In this document: positions 40,305 through 53,417 of the stretch, in pieces | Numbering within the stretch: position 1 is the stretch's first letter | How the letters are laid out: every line of letters begins with the position of its first letter | From: Camelus ferus | Taxonomy: Eukaryota | DNA length: 64,000 bases | Assembly: GCF_009834535.1 (NCBI RefSeq) | Contig: NC_045696.1 | Coordinates: 62,498,001 to 62,562,000 of the forward strand | Direction of reading: 5' to 3' | Made by a program: the position numbers and the translations under genes | The notes under the pieces: generated by a model | What the model saw: the letters and a program-made list of their open reading frames with translations, nothing else | What the model was told of the DNA's origin: nothing | Database searches by the model: none

Positions 40305-41771
40305 CTCATACTAACCCTGCTCATACTAATCCTGTGGGATTTTGTTGACTGTCTTCTGTTTCTTTCCCCTTTATTTTGCCGTCTTTTAACATTATTTTAT
40401 GTTTTTCTTATCTTGCTATTTAATCATGTGTTTTCTTTCAATGTTAATGTGTGTGTAACTTTAATAATTAAAACATTTAATTTTAAGCTATGGAGAGTAG
40501 GAGTCTATAATATTGTCCTCTTTGATGCCTTGAACATTTGTAAAAATTATATGCTCAATAAATATTTGAGAAAGGAATAATATCCATCTTCCAATATTTG
40601 AAGGATTGTTGTGTGGATTGTTTTACTTATTCATTTACATATTAAACATGTATTCCAGGATGGTTCTCTTGCATTCATGAATAGAAGAGGTAGGGAGGCA
40701 GAACCCACCTCAAAATGCAGGGAAGAGAACGGAAAGAAGCCCTCGTTGATTGTGTTCCTTGTGTCGTAGTGCATATATATTAGAGTCAGTGATATGGGCA
40801 GTCCCTCATTTAACCTTTACAACTCTTTTAAATAGGTATTTCTTTAGTCAGTTTACAGATGAGAAAACTTAGATAAAATACCTTAGGCTTAGGTAAGTGA
40901 GTGGTAGGGCAGAGTTTGAACCGAGACCGTGCTGTTTCTATATACTTTTCTTTTTATACTAAGGAATATTCAGCATTTAACCAGGCTGCCTTAGACACTA
41001 GCAACTTACTTATTGCTACAAATTTTCACTCACATTGTAGGTGATCAAGGACAGAGTTGTTTTTTGTTTTTTGTTTTTTTTTTAAGAGAAGGTGAGATGT
41101 TGAATTGAAGAACCTCCCTGATAAAATTTCAGATTCTTTGAATATGTGATTACAAAGTGTTTTATCTTAAAATGATAGACAAAACACATTTTCCCTCTTA
41201 TTTTGGTACATGAACTCTCAGCTCTCTTTAAAAAAATGGTGTTTAAAAGTGTTTCATAAATTAGTAGAATTTGACATTGAAATAAGATCGAAGAATGTAC
41301 ATGAAGTTTCTGTCAAACAATATATTCAGTAGAAACCAATGATAAATCAAATTTTAAACTAGTCATTTCAACTAATTTTTTTGAAGTTGAAGGTTGAGTC
41401 AAGCTAAATTAAATGAAGGTTAAAAGTATAAATGAAGAAAGTTTCTGACAGAGTAAATAATTGTGGTGTTTCTTTCTTGACCCAGCAAACATTTTGAGTG
41501 TCTGTACAGCTGTGGGAGCTTAGGCTAGTGAGAGAAGTGGACCGTAATAGAGATATGCTAGAGGTGCTGTATGTAATCCAGCCTGAGTGGGTAGGGAAAA
41601 GGTTCCAAGAGGACCTACCTCCTGAGAAGGTGATGTCTGAACTTATTTCTTTTCCCCCTTTATTAGCTTTTAAAATTATTTAAAAACATATAGTCATTGA
41701 AAATACTGAAACAATCTAGAAGTATAAGTAGTAAAAAGTATAAATCTCTATTTTTACTTTATACTCTCCAG

Positions 41772-41894
41772 ACTTCATTCTTTTTTTTTTTTTTAACATT
41801 TTTTTTATTGACTTACAGTCATTTTACAATGTTGTGTCAAATTCCAGTGTAGAGCACAATTTTTCAGTTATGCATGAACATAACTTCATTCTTT
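41772..41894 (-). mobile_element. Very short young L1 3' end with perfect 12-bp TSD
   Basis: acttcattcttt at 41772-41783 and 41883-41894 around a T-tract and about 85 nt of the same subfamily as 7585-7746. Confidence 0.9.
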
Positions 41895-43421
41895 ACTATA
41901 ATTAGCAGGTGGTAAATATGCTTCTGGATTTTTTCTTATGTGTATACCCCCACCCCAAACTGGACTCACACTGTCTATAATTTTGTAACTTGTTTTTTCC
42001 CCCATATGATAGTCTATAATGTACATGTTTTCATCTCAGTAGATATAGATCACTCTCATTTAGAAACCTGCTGCCTCACATAATGGGATGGATATACCAT
42101 CATTTATTTACATTATTTCTTTTTGCTGGACATATAGGTTTCCAATCTGTTAACAAACAATGGATATCCTTGTACTAATATATTTGTTTTCTTTTGTGAA
42201 TTAAGCTTTAAATGATGAGTAGCACATAGACAGGTGAAGAGAATGAGGATTAATGTGAAGGGGAAATATTTTCCAGACTAAGGAAACAATGTGTAGTTTG
42301 GAAAACAGTGTTGAAGGAAATGACAGACTTTTAGTTAGGGGAGAAGGATTTCTATTTCTGTGCTGTGGAAGTATAGCACCTCTTGTTTTTTTGAACTGTA
42401 TGCTAGAGTCTCTCATTTATGGAATAGTCATCTCTTTAGAGAATAATTTATAATTTTCTTTTTTTGGAGATTAAAAACAGTTTTTTCAATAAATGTAACT
42501 GGGTAGAGAGGTAGAGCTGCAAGCTGATAAAAATGATTATTGAAGAGGTCACACAGAGGTTAAGTGGGTAGTTTTGGGAATAGAGCTTATATCTTAGCTG
42601 TTTTTCCCTTCTTAACTAATTGAGAATTTCTTACCCAGAGTTCAAAATAGCTTTTTGGGTAGGTAGTTCCCCATGTTATTCAATTGAAACAAATTTTGGT
42701 TGATTAGAAAATAGCTATTGTGAAATTGCTAGTTATCAAGTAGTTATCTGAAAATGGAATAGATGGATGGCTTAAAGGAGATGAATAGCATTTTTTACTC
42801 ATAGGTATAAAATCTTGTTATCCTTAAAAAGTTTTAGTTGCAGCTGTTTTGTTCCAACTTTCTAGTTTTAGAATGTTGCCCTACAGGGAGTATCAAGTAC
42901 TGCTTAGTGTTATCATTTTATCATTCCTCTGACAAGAAAGAGCATCTGCTGATTTCTTAAAAATACATTGGAAACAAAATGGTGTGTTACACAAGGGTAA
43001 TAATATCTTTCTGAACTATTTCTAAAACTAAAAGCCTTTCTTTTTGGTTTCCAAGGATGCTTTGCTGTTTGGTTGCAGCTACTTTGTTGAGTACAAATCC
43101 GAGTTGTAAGGCTCAATTTTTAAGATTTCTTACTCGTTTTTAAAAACATATGCTTAATAGTTCTAATTAGTGTTATTAATTTGAATAATATGAATGCTTT
43201 GAGTAAATTAGCCTAATGTGTTCTCTCGTTACCTTGAACAGTAACTGTATTATTTGTTGTGCTGCATAATTATGAAATATTCCTACTTCATTCTCAGGTA
43301 GTTATTACTTTATGTGAAGTGTAATTTTTAAGCATTCATATCTTTTTTTTCACTTGGAGTTATTTTTCAAGAGTAAAGTATACATTTAAACACAAAATAA
43401 CTTTATATTTAATTTTCTTAG

Positions 43422-43479
43422 GGCTGCTTTGGAAGAAGTAGAAGGCGATGTGGCAGAATTGGAACTGAAACTTGATAAG
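43422..43479 (+). CDS. ACAP2: ACAP2 coding exon (probably exon 2, 58 nt), BAR-domain N-terminus: (R)AALEEVEGDVAELELKLDK
   Basis: Acceptor ttttcttag ends at 43421 and donor AAG|gtaaat starts at 43480. The translation matches my recollection of ACAP2 (MKMTVDFEECLKDSPRFR-AALEEVEGDVAELELKLDK...). One leading base completes the Arg codon and the exon ends in phase 0, matching the next exon. Confidence 0.95.
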
Positions 43480-43544
43480 GTAAATTTTACTTCACCTTGA
43501 ACATTAATTCTTGTTTTCTGTAGTGATTTGTGCCTATAATCGTA

Positions 43545-43700
43545 GATGGTTCACGTGACTTCTTTTATCTCTATGAGGGTAAATGCGGGAATGTTATCCT
43601 GATTTTGCATATGAGGAAGTTGAGGCTAGAGACATTAAGTAATTTGTTGAAAATTTAATATAAGTCCCAGAACAGGAATTTAAACCATGTCTGACTAGAC
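43545..43700 (-). mobile_element. MIR fragment just downstream of the first exon
   Basis: cctgattttgcatatgaggaagttgaggctagagacattaagtaatttg is the MIR core. Confidence 0.65.
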
Positions 43701-44544
43701 GTCTTTTATATTGTTGGAAGTTTGTTTCCATCTCCATCAGAAAATTGCAGTTTATCTTTTTCGATGCTTAATGGATTTCATACATAACCTGACCACTTTT
43801 ATTTATAGATTTGGGTGTGGCCATGTTCAAATATAAAATTTTATATACTCATTCCATTTTTTAAAGATAATCCCAGAAATGTTGAATATATATTTAATAA
43901 TTGATATTAAATGGTCATATTCTATGCAAGGGTAGATGTACATTGATTCCTATCTTTTGTATTAATTATTGATAATTTTTTTTTTTTTTTTTGCCTATAC
44001 CCAAGAAGTGTTATCTGCTGTGTAACAGGAAGAAATATGGGAATGAGTAAGACATGGCTTCTGGTAACCATTGTTCAGTGAAGTGTCGCTCTTAAAATTT
44101 CTGGAGATAAATCAGATTTGTATATTTGAAATACCTTTTCTGAAAATAATTTCTTATTTATATGATTATTATTGTGAATGGAATTGTTATGTAAAGCAAT
44201 GCTCCTCAGACCTTACTGTGCTTAGGAATACCTGGGGCTCTTAGCTGATGAAAAATAGAGATCCTGATTCAGAAAGTCTCAGTATCTCAGATTCTGTATT
44301 TCTAACCACATTTTAGGTGATAACCAATGCTGTTGTTCCACAGAGTGCATTTTGAGTAGCAAGGATATAAGATACATTAATTAGACAGATGATTTCCAAA
44401 TGTTTTGAAATCATGAAATATTTGTACATAATGTAAATATTTAGAAACTATGTAAAGGAGTAGTATTAGTTGTATACGTAAAACAAAACAAAATTTTAGA
44501 AAATGTTTAGTGATAAATTATTTTTGTGTAGTGACTGTAGTTTT

Positions 44545-44757
44545 CAGAGCACTTTGATATATAGTATGTTTTTGGAATTTTGCAGTAATCCTGTGAGGTA
44601 GGTAGGACAGAGGTACTATTCCCACTTTATAGACAAGGATACCAAAGCCCTGGAAGCAAAGAAGACTTGCCTCAAATCACAGAGTCAGAAAAGGCAGAAC
44701 CAGGTTAGAACCCATGTGTTTTGTTCTTAGTTCTGTGCTCTACTTGTGCACCACTAT
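44545..44757 (-). mobile_element. MIR
   Basis: aatcctgtgaggtaggt...cccactttatagacaaggatacc...gacttgcctcaaatcacag...ggttagaaccca. Confidence 0.75.
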
Positions 44758-46096
44758 ACTTCTGGATCCATGCTGGGGGAGTACATGCCAGTTGGAATTT
44801 TTCTGAGGGACCCTAGCAAGCTTCCAGGCAAGTGTGTTTTAAAACTAATGTTACAATTTTTGGTGAGGATAGTATTTTAAAGAATATTATTTTCAAATAC
44901 TTTATATTCTGTTGAAAATTAGATGTATGGGATTATTGTTATTGCTGTTGTTACTATTATTTTACCCTAAGGTATTAACATTTGTTTTTAAGGATTTTTT
45001 TAAACAAGTTAAACCATTGAGGTAGCCAACAGAAGATGTAGTTTTGATTTTCTGGTAGATTTATAAGAGAGTATATAGAAGGACAAGACCTTTTAAAGAA
45101 TTACAGAGTGACACAATAAGGATATCTATTCTCTTTGGGTAGAACTGTGTCTAAACCAAACAGTACTTTGTGTTGAGGAGACCTCAAAAATTAAAATATC
45201 TAAACAGAATCCACTAACAGCATTTTTGTTAATAATTTTGCTTTTATGAGCAGCAATTTTTTTTTTCCTTTATATCATTTGGTTGTGGTTGGGAGACTGG
45301 TCGTAAAACCAAAAGATTCAAATCTAAAGCAAGTTATCAGAGTATTTGCATTCAGTACTAAGAATTCTAAATGCTTTCTAGAGTCTGTATCACCCGAAAG
45401 GCTACTAAAGTCATTATGGAAACTTTGACATCTTTGAAAAATATCATCTTCCACCCAAATAGAGCTTCCATAGTTACTTTTATATTTCTCTAATTTGAGA
45501 TCTTGACCCTTTATATAATGTACCTTTCCCAAATTCTTAAGCTATTGTTGATCATTTTTACTTTAGAATTATGAGGAGTTACAATTAGAGAAGAGAGTCT
45601 GAGAGGAGCAAGAAGTGTTTGTTACTGAAAGTGGTGGTGTTGAGGGGAGGGGTTGCCTAAGACTATACTGATTTCATAACTTCATGCAGGGCAAGTTTAC
45701 CTGTAATATTGCAAATCATGCCAGCAACAGGTTTAACTAGCTTGATGACTTAGCTTATATTTATTTTGCTTGTAATGTATGCTACCAGTATACACTTTTT
45801 CTGGTGACTAATGCTTCATGATTGGCATTATTTTACTAGGTCCAATTATTTATCCATTCTGCCTGGTATTCTGGCATTGGCAGCATCATAGAGCATCACG
45901 ATGAAATATCTGTATCTTGTCACCGGAATGCTTGCTCCTTGTTTGTTAAGCAAATATTCTTTAAATATCAACTCAAACACTACCAAACTTCAATTCTTTT
46001 TCATGTATTTCATTATTTCTTGCATTTTTTACATTTCTTACATTTTAATATTGTACTTCCATTTAAATTACTATAATATTGTATTTTTTATTTTGT

Positions 46097-46325
46097 AGCA
46101 TAGTGTAGTAGTTAAGAGCTCAAAGCCTGGAGCAAGGCTGTCCGTATTTGAACTGGTCTTTACCACTTACTAAGCTGGATGGCCTTGGGCAAATTTCCTA
46201 AACCTGACCGTGTCTCAGTTTCTTCATCCCCAAAATGGAGAAAATAAGAATATCTATGTGAATAAAATGTGTTAATCCATGTTAAGTACTTTGGCACATG
46301 GTAAGTTCTAAATAAATGTTAATGA
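46097..46325 (+). mobile_element. MIR, near full length
   Basis: agcatagtgtagtagttaagagc...accacttactaagctggatggccttgggcaaatt...ctcagtttcttcatccccaaaatggag...tggcacatggtaag. Confidence 0.85.
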
Positions 46326-46854
46326 TGATGGTATGTCTTCAACAGACTAATAGAGATCCTTGAAGAGAGTTTGTCTTTAAAGGTGGAAAAGCCCTCATTT
46401 TACTCTTAGTTAAAAACCTTCCCTCTTTGTAGGCTTGTTATCATTCAGTTATATCTGTCATCACTGTCATCTAATAAGGATTTGATAGCTGGCAAAGTAT
46501 ATATCACCAAGACAGTCCTTCCTCCTGAATACCCGCAGTGTATATGTGGCTCAGCTATATGACAGTTTCATTTTCTTCCCATCTCCTGTGATAGTGACCT
46601 CTATTCTAATTCTGATACCTGTTTTCTTGGCCAAATGCTCTGCCTCATCACTCAGAATCGTAATCTCTGAAACTGGAATGCTCATGATCTCTTCCTTTCT
46701 GACGTGAGTCTCCAGTCTTTCCAGTTCTCATCTTCACTCCTCCTGTTTCTGTTTTTCAAAGCGTATGTAGATCTCTAATCTTTCAGTCTATCCACTTCCA
46801 ATATTTCAGATCCCTTTTATATTCACTTCTTTTTTAGTATACTTTTTTGGGAAT

Positions 46855-47315
46855 TTTTTTATCGAGATAAAATTCACCTAACATAAAACCCAGCATTTTA
46901 AAAGTGTACAATTCAGTGGTTTTAGTATATTCACAGTGTTATGCAACTCTTTTCACTGCTTACTTCCACAACATTCCCATTATCCTAAAAAGAAACTCTG
47001 CACACGTTAGCAGTCACTTCCAATTTCCTTCTCCCTACATCCTCTGGCAACTATGAATTTACTTTCTGTCTCTGGATTTGCCAATTCTGGACATTTCATA
47101 TAAATAGACTCATACAATATTTGGCTTTTTGTGACTGGCTTCTTTCACTTAGCATAATATTTTTAAGGTTTATCCGTCTATGTTGTAACATCTTTCAGTA
47201 TTTCCTTTTTTATGACTGAATAATATGAATGCATGTACCATATTTTGTTCATTCATTCATTGGGTATTTGGGTTGTTTCCTCTTTTCAGCTATTATGAAT
47301 AATACTGCTGTGAAC
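46855..47315 (-). mobile_element. L1MB-like 3' end, antisense
   Basis: gagataaaattcacctaac...aagtgtacaattcagtggtttt...ttctggacatttcatataaat...gactggcttctttcacttagcataat. Confidence 0.82.
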
Positions 47316-48189
47316 CCTTCCAGTCTACTCTTAATTTTATTACATCATCATTTCTCTTCTGGAGACCTTCATTTTCCTTCCATAAGACCTGTAGAATTCT
47401 GACAATATTTGTCTAACCATCTGTATTCTCTGACCCATATCTGGGCTGTAAAGCCCTGCAGAAGAAGGTACACAATTGCTGAAACCAATTGGTGGAACTA
47501 CCCATTCCAGGAATTCTTGATGTGAAGCAATTTTTGCAAGATTTAATCAGGTTATCTTACTGTCTTTAGCAGCCCTTATATGTAACTGTTTTCTAAAGAC
47601 TTACCACCTTTTTCTTCATTCTTAGTAGAGGGACCTTGACTCTTCCTTCCTTTTGGTGGAAACCCTTTTATTTCTTGTTTTTAATCTAGAAACTCAACAG
47701 TCTGTCCTTATTCAATTCCCGACCCCCCATTTGAGTGACAGAAATATCCCTTTTCCTATGCAGTCCCAAACTCTTAACTTGTTAGAACTTTGCTTTCGGT
47801 ATTTCTCTTTCCCTTCTCTACCACCTCTTTAAGTAGACAAAAATGTTTATTTCTCTTGAATGAAAACAAAAGAGAATCTCACTTCTGACAAGGAATTGCA
47901 AATCTTCACTGAGTAATCATCATGTGCCAGTAACAGTTTGTGCTAGGATCTTTATGTGCATTATCTTTTATAGTAACCTTATATCATTTAGTGCCATCGT
48001 TATCATATCATATAGAAGAAGCTTCTTGAGGTGAAGGTCACTCAGAATCACTTTAGAGTGTTAAGTATGGCAGAAGGATTTGAACCTAAGCTAACTGAGC
48101 CTAGAAACCTCTGTTTTTAACCATGATGTTATACTATAACAAGCTCTCTTTTTCTGTTTTTCTGGAAATTTTCAATTTAATTATTTTTG

Positions 48190-49600
48190 AATTATTTAAT
48201 TTGTTGAATAAGCAAATACCACCCATGCTGTACAAAATTCAAACGTGCAAAAGTGTACCCAGTGAAAAATTAGCCATCTTGTAATCTGTCTTCTAGAGGA
48301 GAACACTGAACTAGTTTCTTGTCTGTCCTTCCAGAAGGTTTTTTTAGCATATAAGAGATTATATGTATTTTGTACTCTTATCTCCCCACCCCAACAAAAA
48401 TATTAGCATTATCCTAATTTTGCTTTTTTAAAGTATATAGTTTAGATTTTATTCCTTGTCATTAATTATAGAGCTGCCTTATTCCTTTTAATGGCTGATT
48501 ATATTTCATTTTATGGATATATCATAATTTATTTATCCAGTTGCCTATTGATAGACACTTAAATTACTACCAGTGTTTTATTGCAGCTTCAATAAATGAC
48601 TTTATATGTGTGTCATGTACTTTATGTGTGAATATGTCTGTATGATTTCTATATGTATGATTTGTAAAAGTGAAATCACTAGGTTAGAGGGTATGTGTGT
48701 TTAAAATTTTTAATGGCTCTTGCTAAGTTGCCTTCCATAGAAATTGTACCAATTCATACTCCCACCAGCAGTGGGTGAGAGTGCCTGTTCCCCTATACCT
48801 ACCTTCTCTAAAACAGCATGTAATCATACTTTTTGACTTTGGCTGTTCTGTTAAAAATAGTAATTTACATTTCTTTTATTATGAGTGAAATTGAATTTCT
48901 TTTCATGAGCATTAGGTATATTTGAATTACCTTTTCTGGGAATTAACTGTATATGTCTGTCAATCGTTTTTTCTAGTGGCTGGTTGGATTTTCAATGATG
49001 AGCTGTATACCCTTTCTTACACCAGGGAAATTAGTCTCTTGCAATTTGTTGCTAATATTGTTTACCAACATTGTCATTTGTTTTTTGACTTAATTTTTTT
49101 TCCCCTTGTATAAATGTTTAGTTGTTATGTATTTGAATTGATCAGTTTCGTCTATGGCTTTTGAGTTTTGCATCCTTCTCAGGAAGCCTTTTTCTACTTT
49201 GAGATTATAAAACCTGTTTCCTCTTAGTTTTTGATGTAATATTTTATGTTTAAATATTTATTCCATCTGAAATTAATTTGGAGGTTTAGAATACAATTTA
49301 GTTTCTTTATTTTTTCCCCTTTAGTTGGCTATCCATGGTCCCTGTGTTATATATTGGATATTTTTTTTTTACCCACACTGGCTGGAGTGTTACTTTACTG
49401 AAGTATTGCATATTTGTATCTGTTTTTGACTCTATTCTCTTCCATTGACCAATTTGTCTATTCACATCCATTACCAGACCTTTAGTTACTACACCTGTAT
49501 ATTTTAATAACATAAAAGGCCAATATCCCTACCTCTTATTCTTTTTCAATTTTTCCTCCTGTTCTTCTTGCATGTTTTAGAATTAGTTTTTCTGATTTTT
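48190..49600 (-). mobile_element. Ancient L1ME-like 3' region, antisense
   Basis: tatatcataatttatttatccag...ccaattcatactcccaccagcagtgggtgagagtgcctg...ctctattctcttccattga. Confidence 0.7.
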
Positions 49601-52014
49601 AAAGATATCTGATTTTTTTTTTGCAAATAGCAAACTGAAAGACTAGTCTCTGCCAGCATTTCTCATAGTGGGTTTTGAGGAACATTGGTCCTATGAGAAT
49701 GCTTCCTCTAAAGAGAATTCCATGTCAAGTGTTTTTGAGAAATGCTGCATATTATGCCTAGAATTCACAGCACACATTAATATATCAAAAGCTCTTAAAA
49801 GAAATAAAGAAAATTAAGAAATCTGTTTAATCTGAGTTTCCTAGACTTAATTTGATCACAGAATTCTTATTTTGGTACAGAATGTTCCTGGGGGATATTC
49901 CATAGAATGTATGTTGGGAAGTAATTGAGCTATCATTATGTCTTCTTCATCTAGCAGTTTGTAACTTGCTGTAATCTGGCTACAGCCCCTCAGTTTCTCT
50001 TAAAATTATTCTTGCCAGGGATGCTTGTGATTATTTGTCACCAAACTCAGTAGACGGTTTTTTAAGTGTTTTTAAAACTTGACCTTTATGGATGTTCAAC
50101 TGTTAGTCATCTATCTTCTGATACTTTATTTTTTCTTGACTTTGATGAAGTTATCTCTTGCTTTTACCTCCTACCTTTCCCTCTTCCTCTTCAGCCGCCT
50201 TTGTGAGGTCCTCACTCTACACACTCTGACCTCTGCTTTTTGTCTAGGCTATAGCACCGTAGCGCTGACACTTACGTTTATTTGTTGATGACTCCTGTGT
50301 CTGTATCTACAGCACTCTTCTCTTTTTTGAGTTTTAAACATTTATTTTCACTTGGATTTGATAGATTTTCCACTTGGCTTATTTCACAGACCCATCTTAC
50401 TCAGGTCTACCTCATGGGCCCAGTGTTGTCAAAACAAGTCTTTGCTGGACAGTGTAGTGTCTTGGTGCAAATTAGCATCTTGTGGCAGATGTAGCCCTCA
50501 ACAAGCAGAGCTCAGGCTGGATTTCAGCCCCTACTTTTCCCTTTAGTAGGACGCTACATAACTGTACACAGGTGCTCAACTAATTTTTTTAATTTGTTGT
50601 CTCTCTTCTCTTCCTGCTTACTGCTTAAATTCAGGGTCATGTGGTTTTTAGTCTAATCTCCTTTATTCTTCCTTGTCTTTATTTTTTCTTCTTTTAGATC
50701 ATTATTCTAAAATGGAACTCTGGTCAGCTCACTCATTTAATGTCTTTGTTGTTTCCCGATTCCTTTTATGTAAAATGTGAACACCTTAGCATTGTGCACA
50801 AGAGTTTTCCTGATTTGGCCCTTGTATACATTTTCACACTGCACTAAGCTACTGAGTGCCTCTGGTTTGCCCTCCCCTCTAAGCTTCTGGGCCTTAGCAC
50901 ATGCTTTTCCTGGAGTAGTGTCTTCTTAATTACCCGTAACTGGTTGGCCAATTCCTATTGGTCTTCAAGGCTTTTCTCAAGTGTTATCTTTCCAGGAATC
51001 CTTCCTTGATCGCGACAGTCCTGCTTAGATGTTCTTCCTCTGTTTCCTCTTGTATGGTTTTGATGAACATAGCAGTTGTGCTATATAGAATTTATCTGCT
51101 TGTCTAATTATTAGAATTAGAACAGATTATTAAGGTTTTCACTTTTGTTGATCCAGGTTCTAGGGTAACAGTTTAAATTATACTCCCAAGACCCTTTGGG
51201 TGTTTTCTAAGTTTTTCTGGGCTCTTTATCCTCTTCTTGATGGTCCCTTTTCCCACCCCCTCATTACCCTCTTCTTCTTCATCTGGAACACCTCAATTTT
51301 TATCTTGTTTATGTTTGACTTTCACCCAAGATTTTGTTTGATTAAAGAAAATGTTCTGTGTCTGTGTGAGAGAAAGAAGTAACAGAAAAAAAGAGAGGGA
51401 AAACAGGAATGAAAGGGGAAGAAGAGAAAGATGAAAGAGAGAGAGAAAAGCTCAGTTGTAAGACTTAGTGCAGTGCCTAGAATGGTAGACATTGGAGAAA
51501 TATGGTTGATTAATCAATTCAGACATTTGCTTTGTTAGTCTGATGACCGGCATGACTAACCCACCATACCAGTTTACTTCCCTTTCCTCCAGCATATCAC
51601 AGTTTTTTTTTTTTTAAAGATTTTTAAAAATTATATTTCTTGCTCAGCCTAAAGTTTCACTTTTTTCCTTCTTTATTCTTTTTTTTTTTTTTTTTTTTTT
51701 ACTTGTAAGACATGCTTTAAACATTTTTGTGGAGTTTATTTGTGAGATTGAATTTAACTTGATAAAATGATTTGTTGTTGTTGTTGTTATTAGACAGCCT
51801 CTACCTGGAAGATCAACTTTTTTGGTACAGCTGTCCCATGAATTTACTTTCTAACCAAGAGGAAAAAAGGAACAATTTTCAATTAGTCTATTTTGGGTTT
51901 ATTGATGACCGTAATTTATCTTAACTAGGCTAACTCATGTGGTAACTGCTAACACTTGTTCAACTAAGTAATTTGTAAAATTATTTTCAGTGATACAATG
52001 TTTTTCTTTTTCAG

Positions 52015-52134
52015 CTTGTGAAGCTTTGTATTGCGATGATTGATACTGGAAAAGCCTTTTGTGTTGCAAATAAACAGTTCATGAATGGGATTCGAGACCT
52101 GGCACAGTATTCTAGCAATGATGCTGTAGTTGAG
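52015..52134 (+). CDS. ACAP2: ACAP2 coding exon (probably exon 3, 120 nt): LVKLCIAMIDTGKAFCVANKQFMNGIRDLAQYSSNDAVVE
   Basis: Acceptor tttttctttttcag ends at 52014 and donor GAG|gttagt starts at 52135. It holds 40 codons in phase 0-0 and directly continues the previous exon's peptide. It overlaps track ORF 52018..52230, which reads through into the intron. Confidence 0.96.
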
Positions 52135-52933
52135 GTTAGTATTATTAAAATTGGTTTAAATGATAACTGCAACAAGATGTTAAAGAATTATACATCCATT
52201 TGCCTTATTAACAGTGATAGTGGGCCTTAAAATTAGAAGTGGAAAAGCTATCACCAGTTGGTGCTGTCTTATATAATCCTGTTTTCTAGAATAGTTAGAA
52301 GTTGATGGTTGATTTGCATTGTGAATATTAAGTAAGCAAGAGTACTGTACTTGGTGCTACGTAAGATGAAGCATCTTCAAGAGGACCTGAGCAGGGAGAG
52401 TAGGATCATGCTTACTAGTAGCTGCTTATAGGGGCAAGTAGAGAACATTAATGTAAGAATAGTACCTAACTCCTTATTGGGGGCTGCATTGGAAAGGTCT
52501 GGTCAACTAGCTGTGCTGGGTTAGCTTAGATCTACCCTTGCTATACTATGTGGTGCTATATTTCTTTTATGAGGAATAACAACTGGTGAAAGAACTGGGT
52601 GTAATTTGATGATTATTTGATCTACAGATGCCTAACTGGGAAGTCTTGATACACTCAGTTTTACCTTTAGGTTTATATATGCCATTTCAGTTTGTTAGTA
52701 TAGAAGTATTGATAGGGCAGTCTAATTCTTTGTTCTAGGGCTTTGTGTTACTACATGTAGACTTGACCTCTCTGCAGAGTGTGCCCATGAGGTAGTGAGG
52801 CTGTTCTTGGAAATAAATGTTATTGTTTACAATGTAACTTGATCTTTCTGTCAGAAATGCTGAAATAGCATTTTTGTGGCCTGTTTTAGTGTATGTTAAA
52901 TGACTTGGCTTTCTTTTGGTTTCTTTCTCATAG

Positions 52934-52987
52934 ACAAGTTTGACCAAGTTTTCTGACAGTCTTCAAGAAATGATAAATTTTCATACA
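52934..52987 (+). CDS. ACAP2: ACAP2 coding exon (probably exon 4, 54 nt): TSLTKFSDSLQEMINFHT
   Basis: Acceptor ttctttctcatag ends at 52933 and donor ACA|gtaagt starts at 52988. It holds 18 codons in phase 0-0 and continues the recalled ACAP2 sequence. The following exon (ILFDQ...) was not found in the window. Confidence 0.95.
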
Positions 52988-53417
52988 GTAAGTGTCAGTA
53001 AGTGGGTGTTACTGTGACCATGTTCATGTTTTAGTACTTTTCTTTAGTGACAATATTTTATAAAATTTCTTAAATTGGAATTTTCTGACTTTGATTTATC
53101 AACTTTTTAATTGGGTGAATCTAAAATGTGTGTGTATGTGTGAGAGAGAAATACATACATGTTATTTCCCATTCTATAATAGTGAACTTTAATATCAATG
53201 ATGCACATACTCATAAAAGTTAGTTTTTTCCTGTAAGTTGTGCCTTTGTAAGGTTTTAAGCAATTATTTCAAGAAGAAGTACAAGTCATCATTCTATATA
53301 TGGCTGTTTCTTTTAAGATACAAATATATCCCCTTTCTCTAATCAATTGCCACTGTTAAAGACTGCTGTATTCTTTGAGCTGTTTATATATGTGTTTAAG
53401 ATTTGAGAGCAAATCTT

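Noticed and set aside
52018..52230. 70-aa track ORF as a stand-alone gene
   Set aside because: It is the 120-nt ACAP2 exon read through its donor at 52135 into intron.
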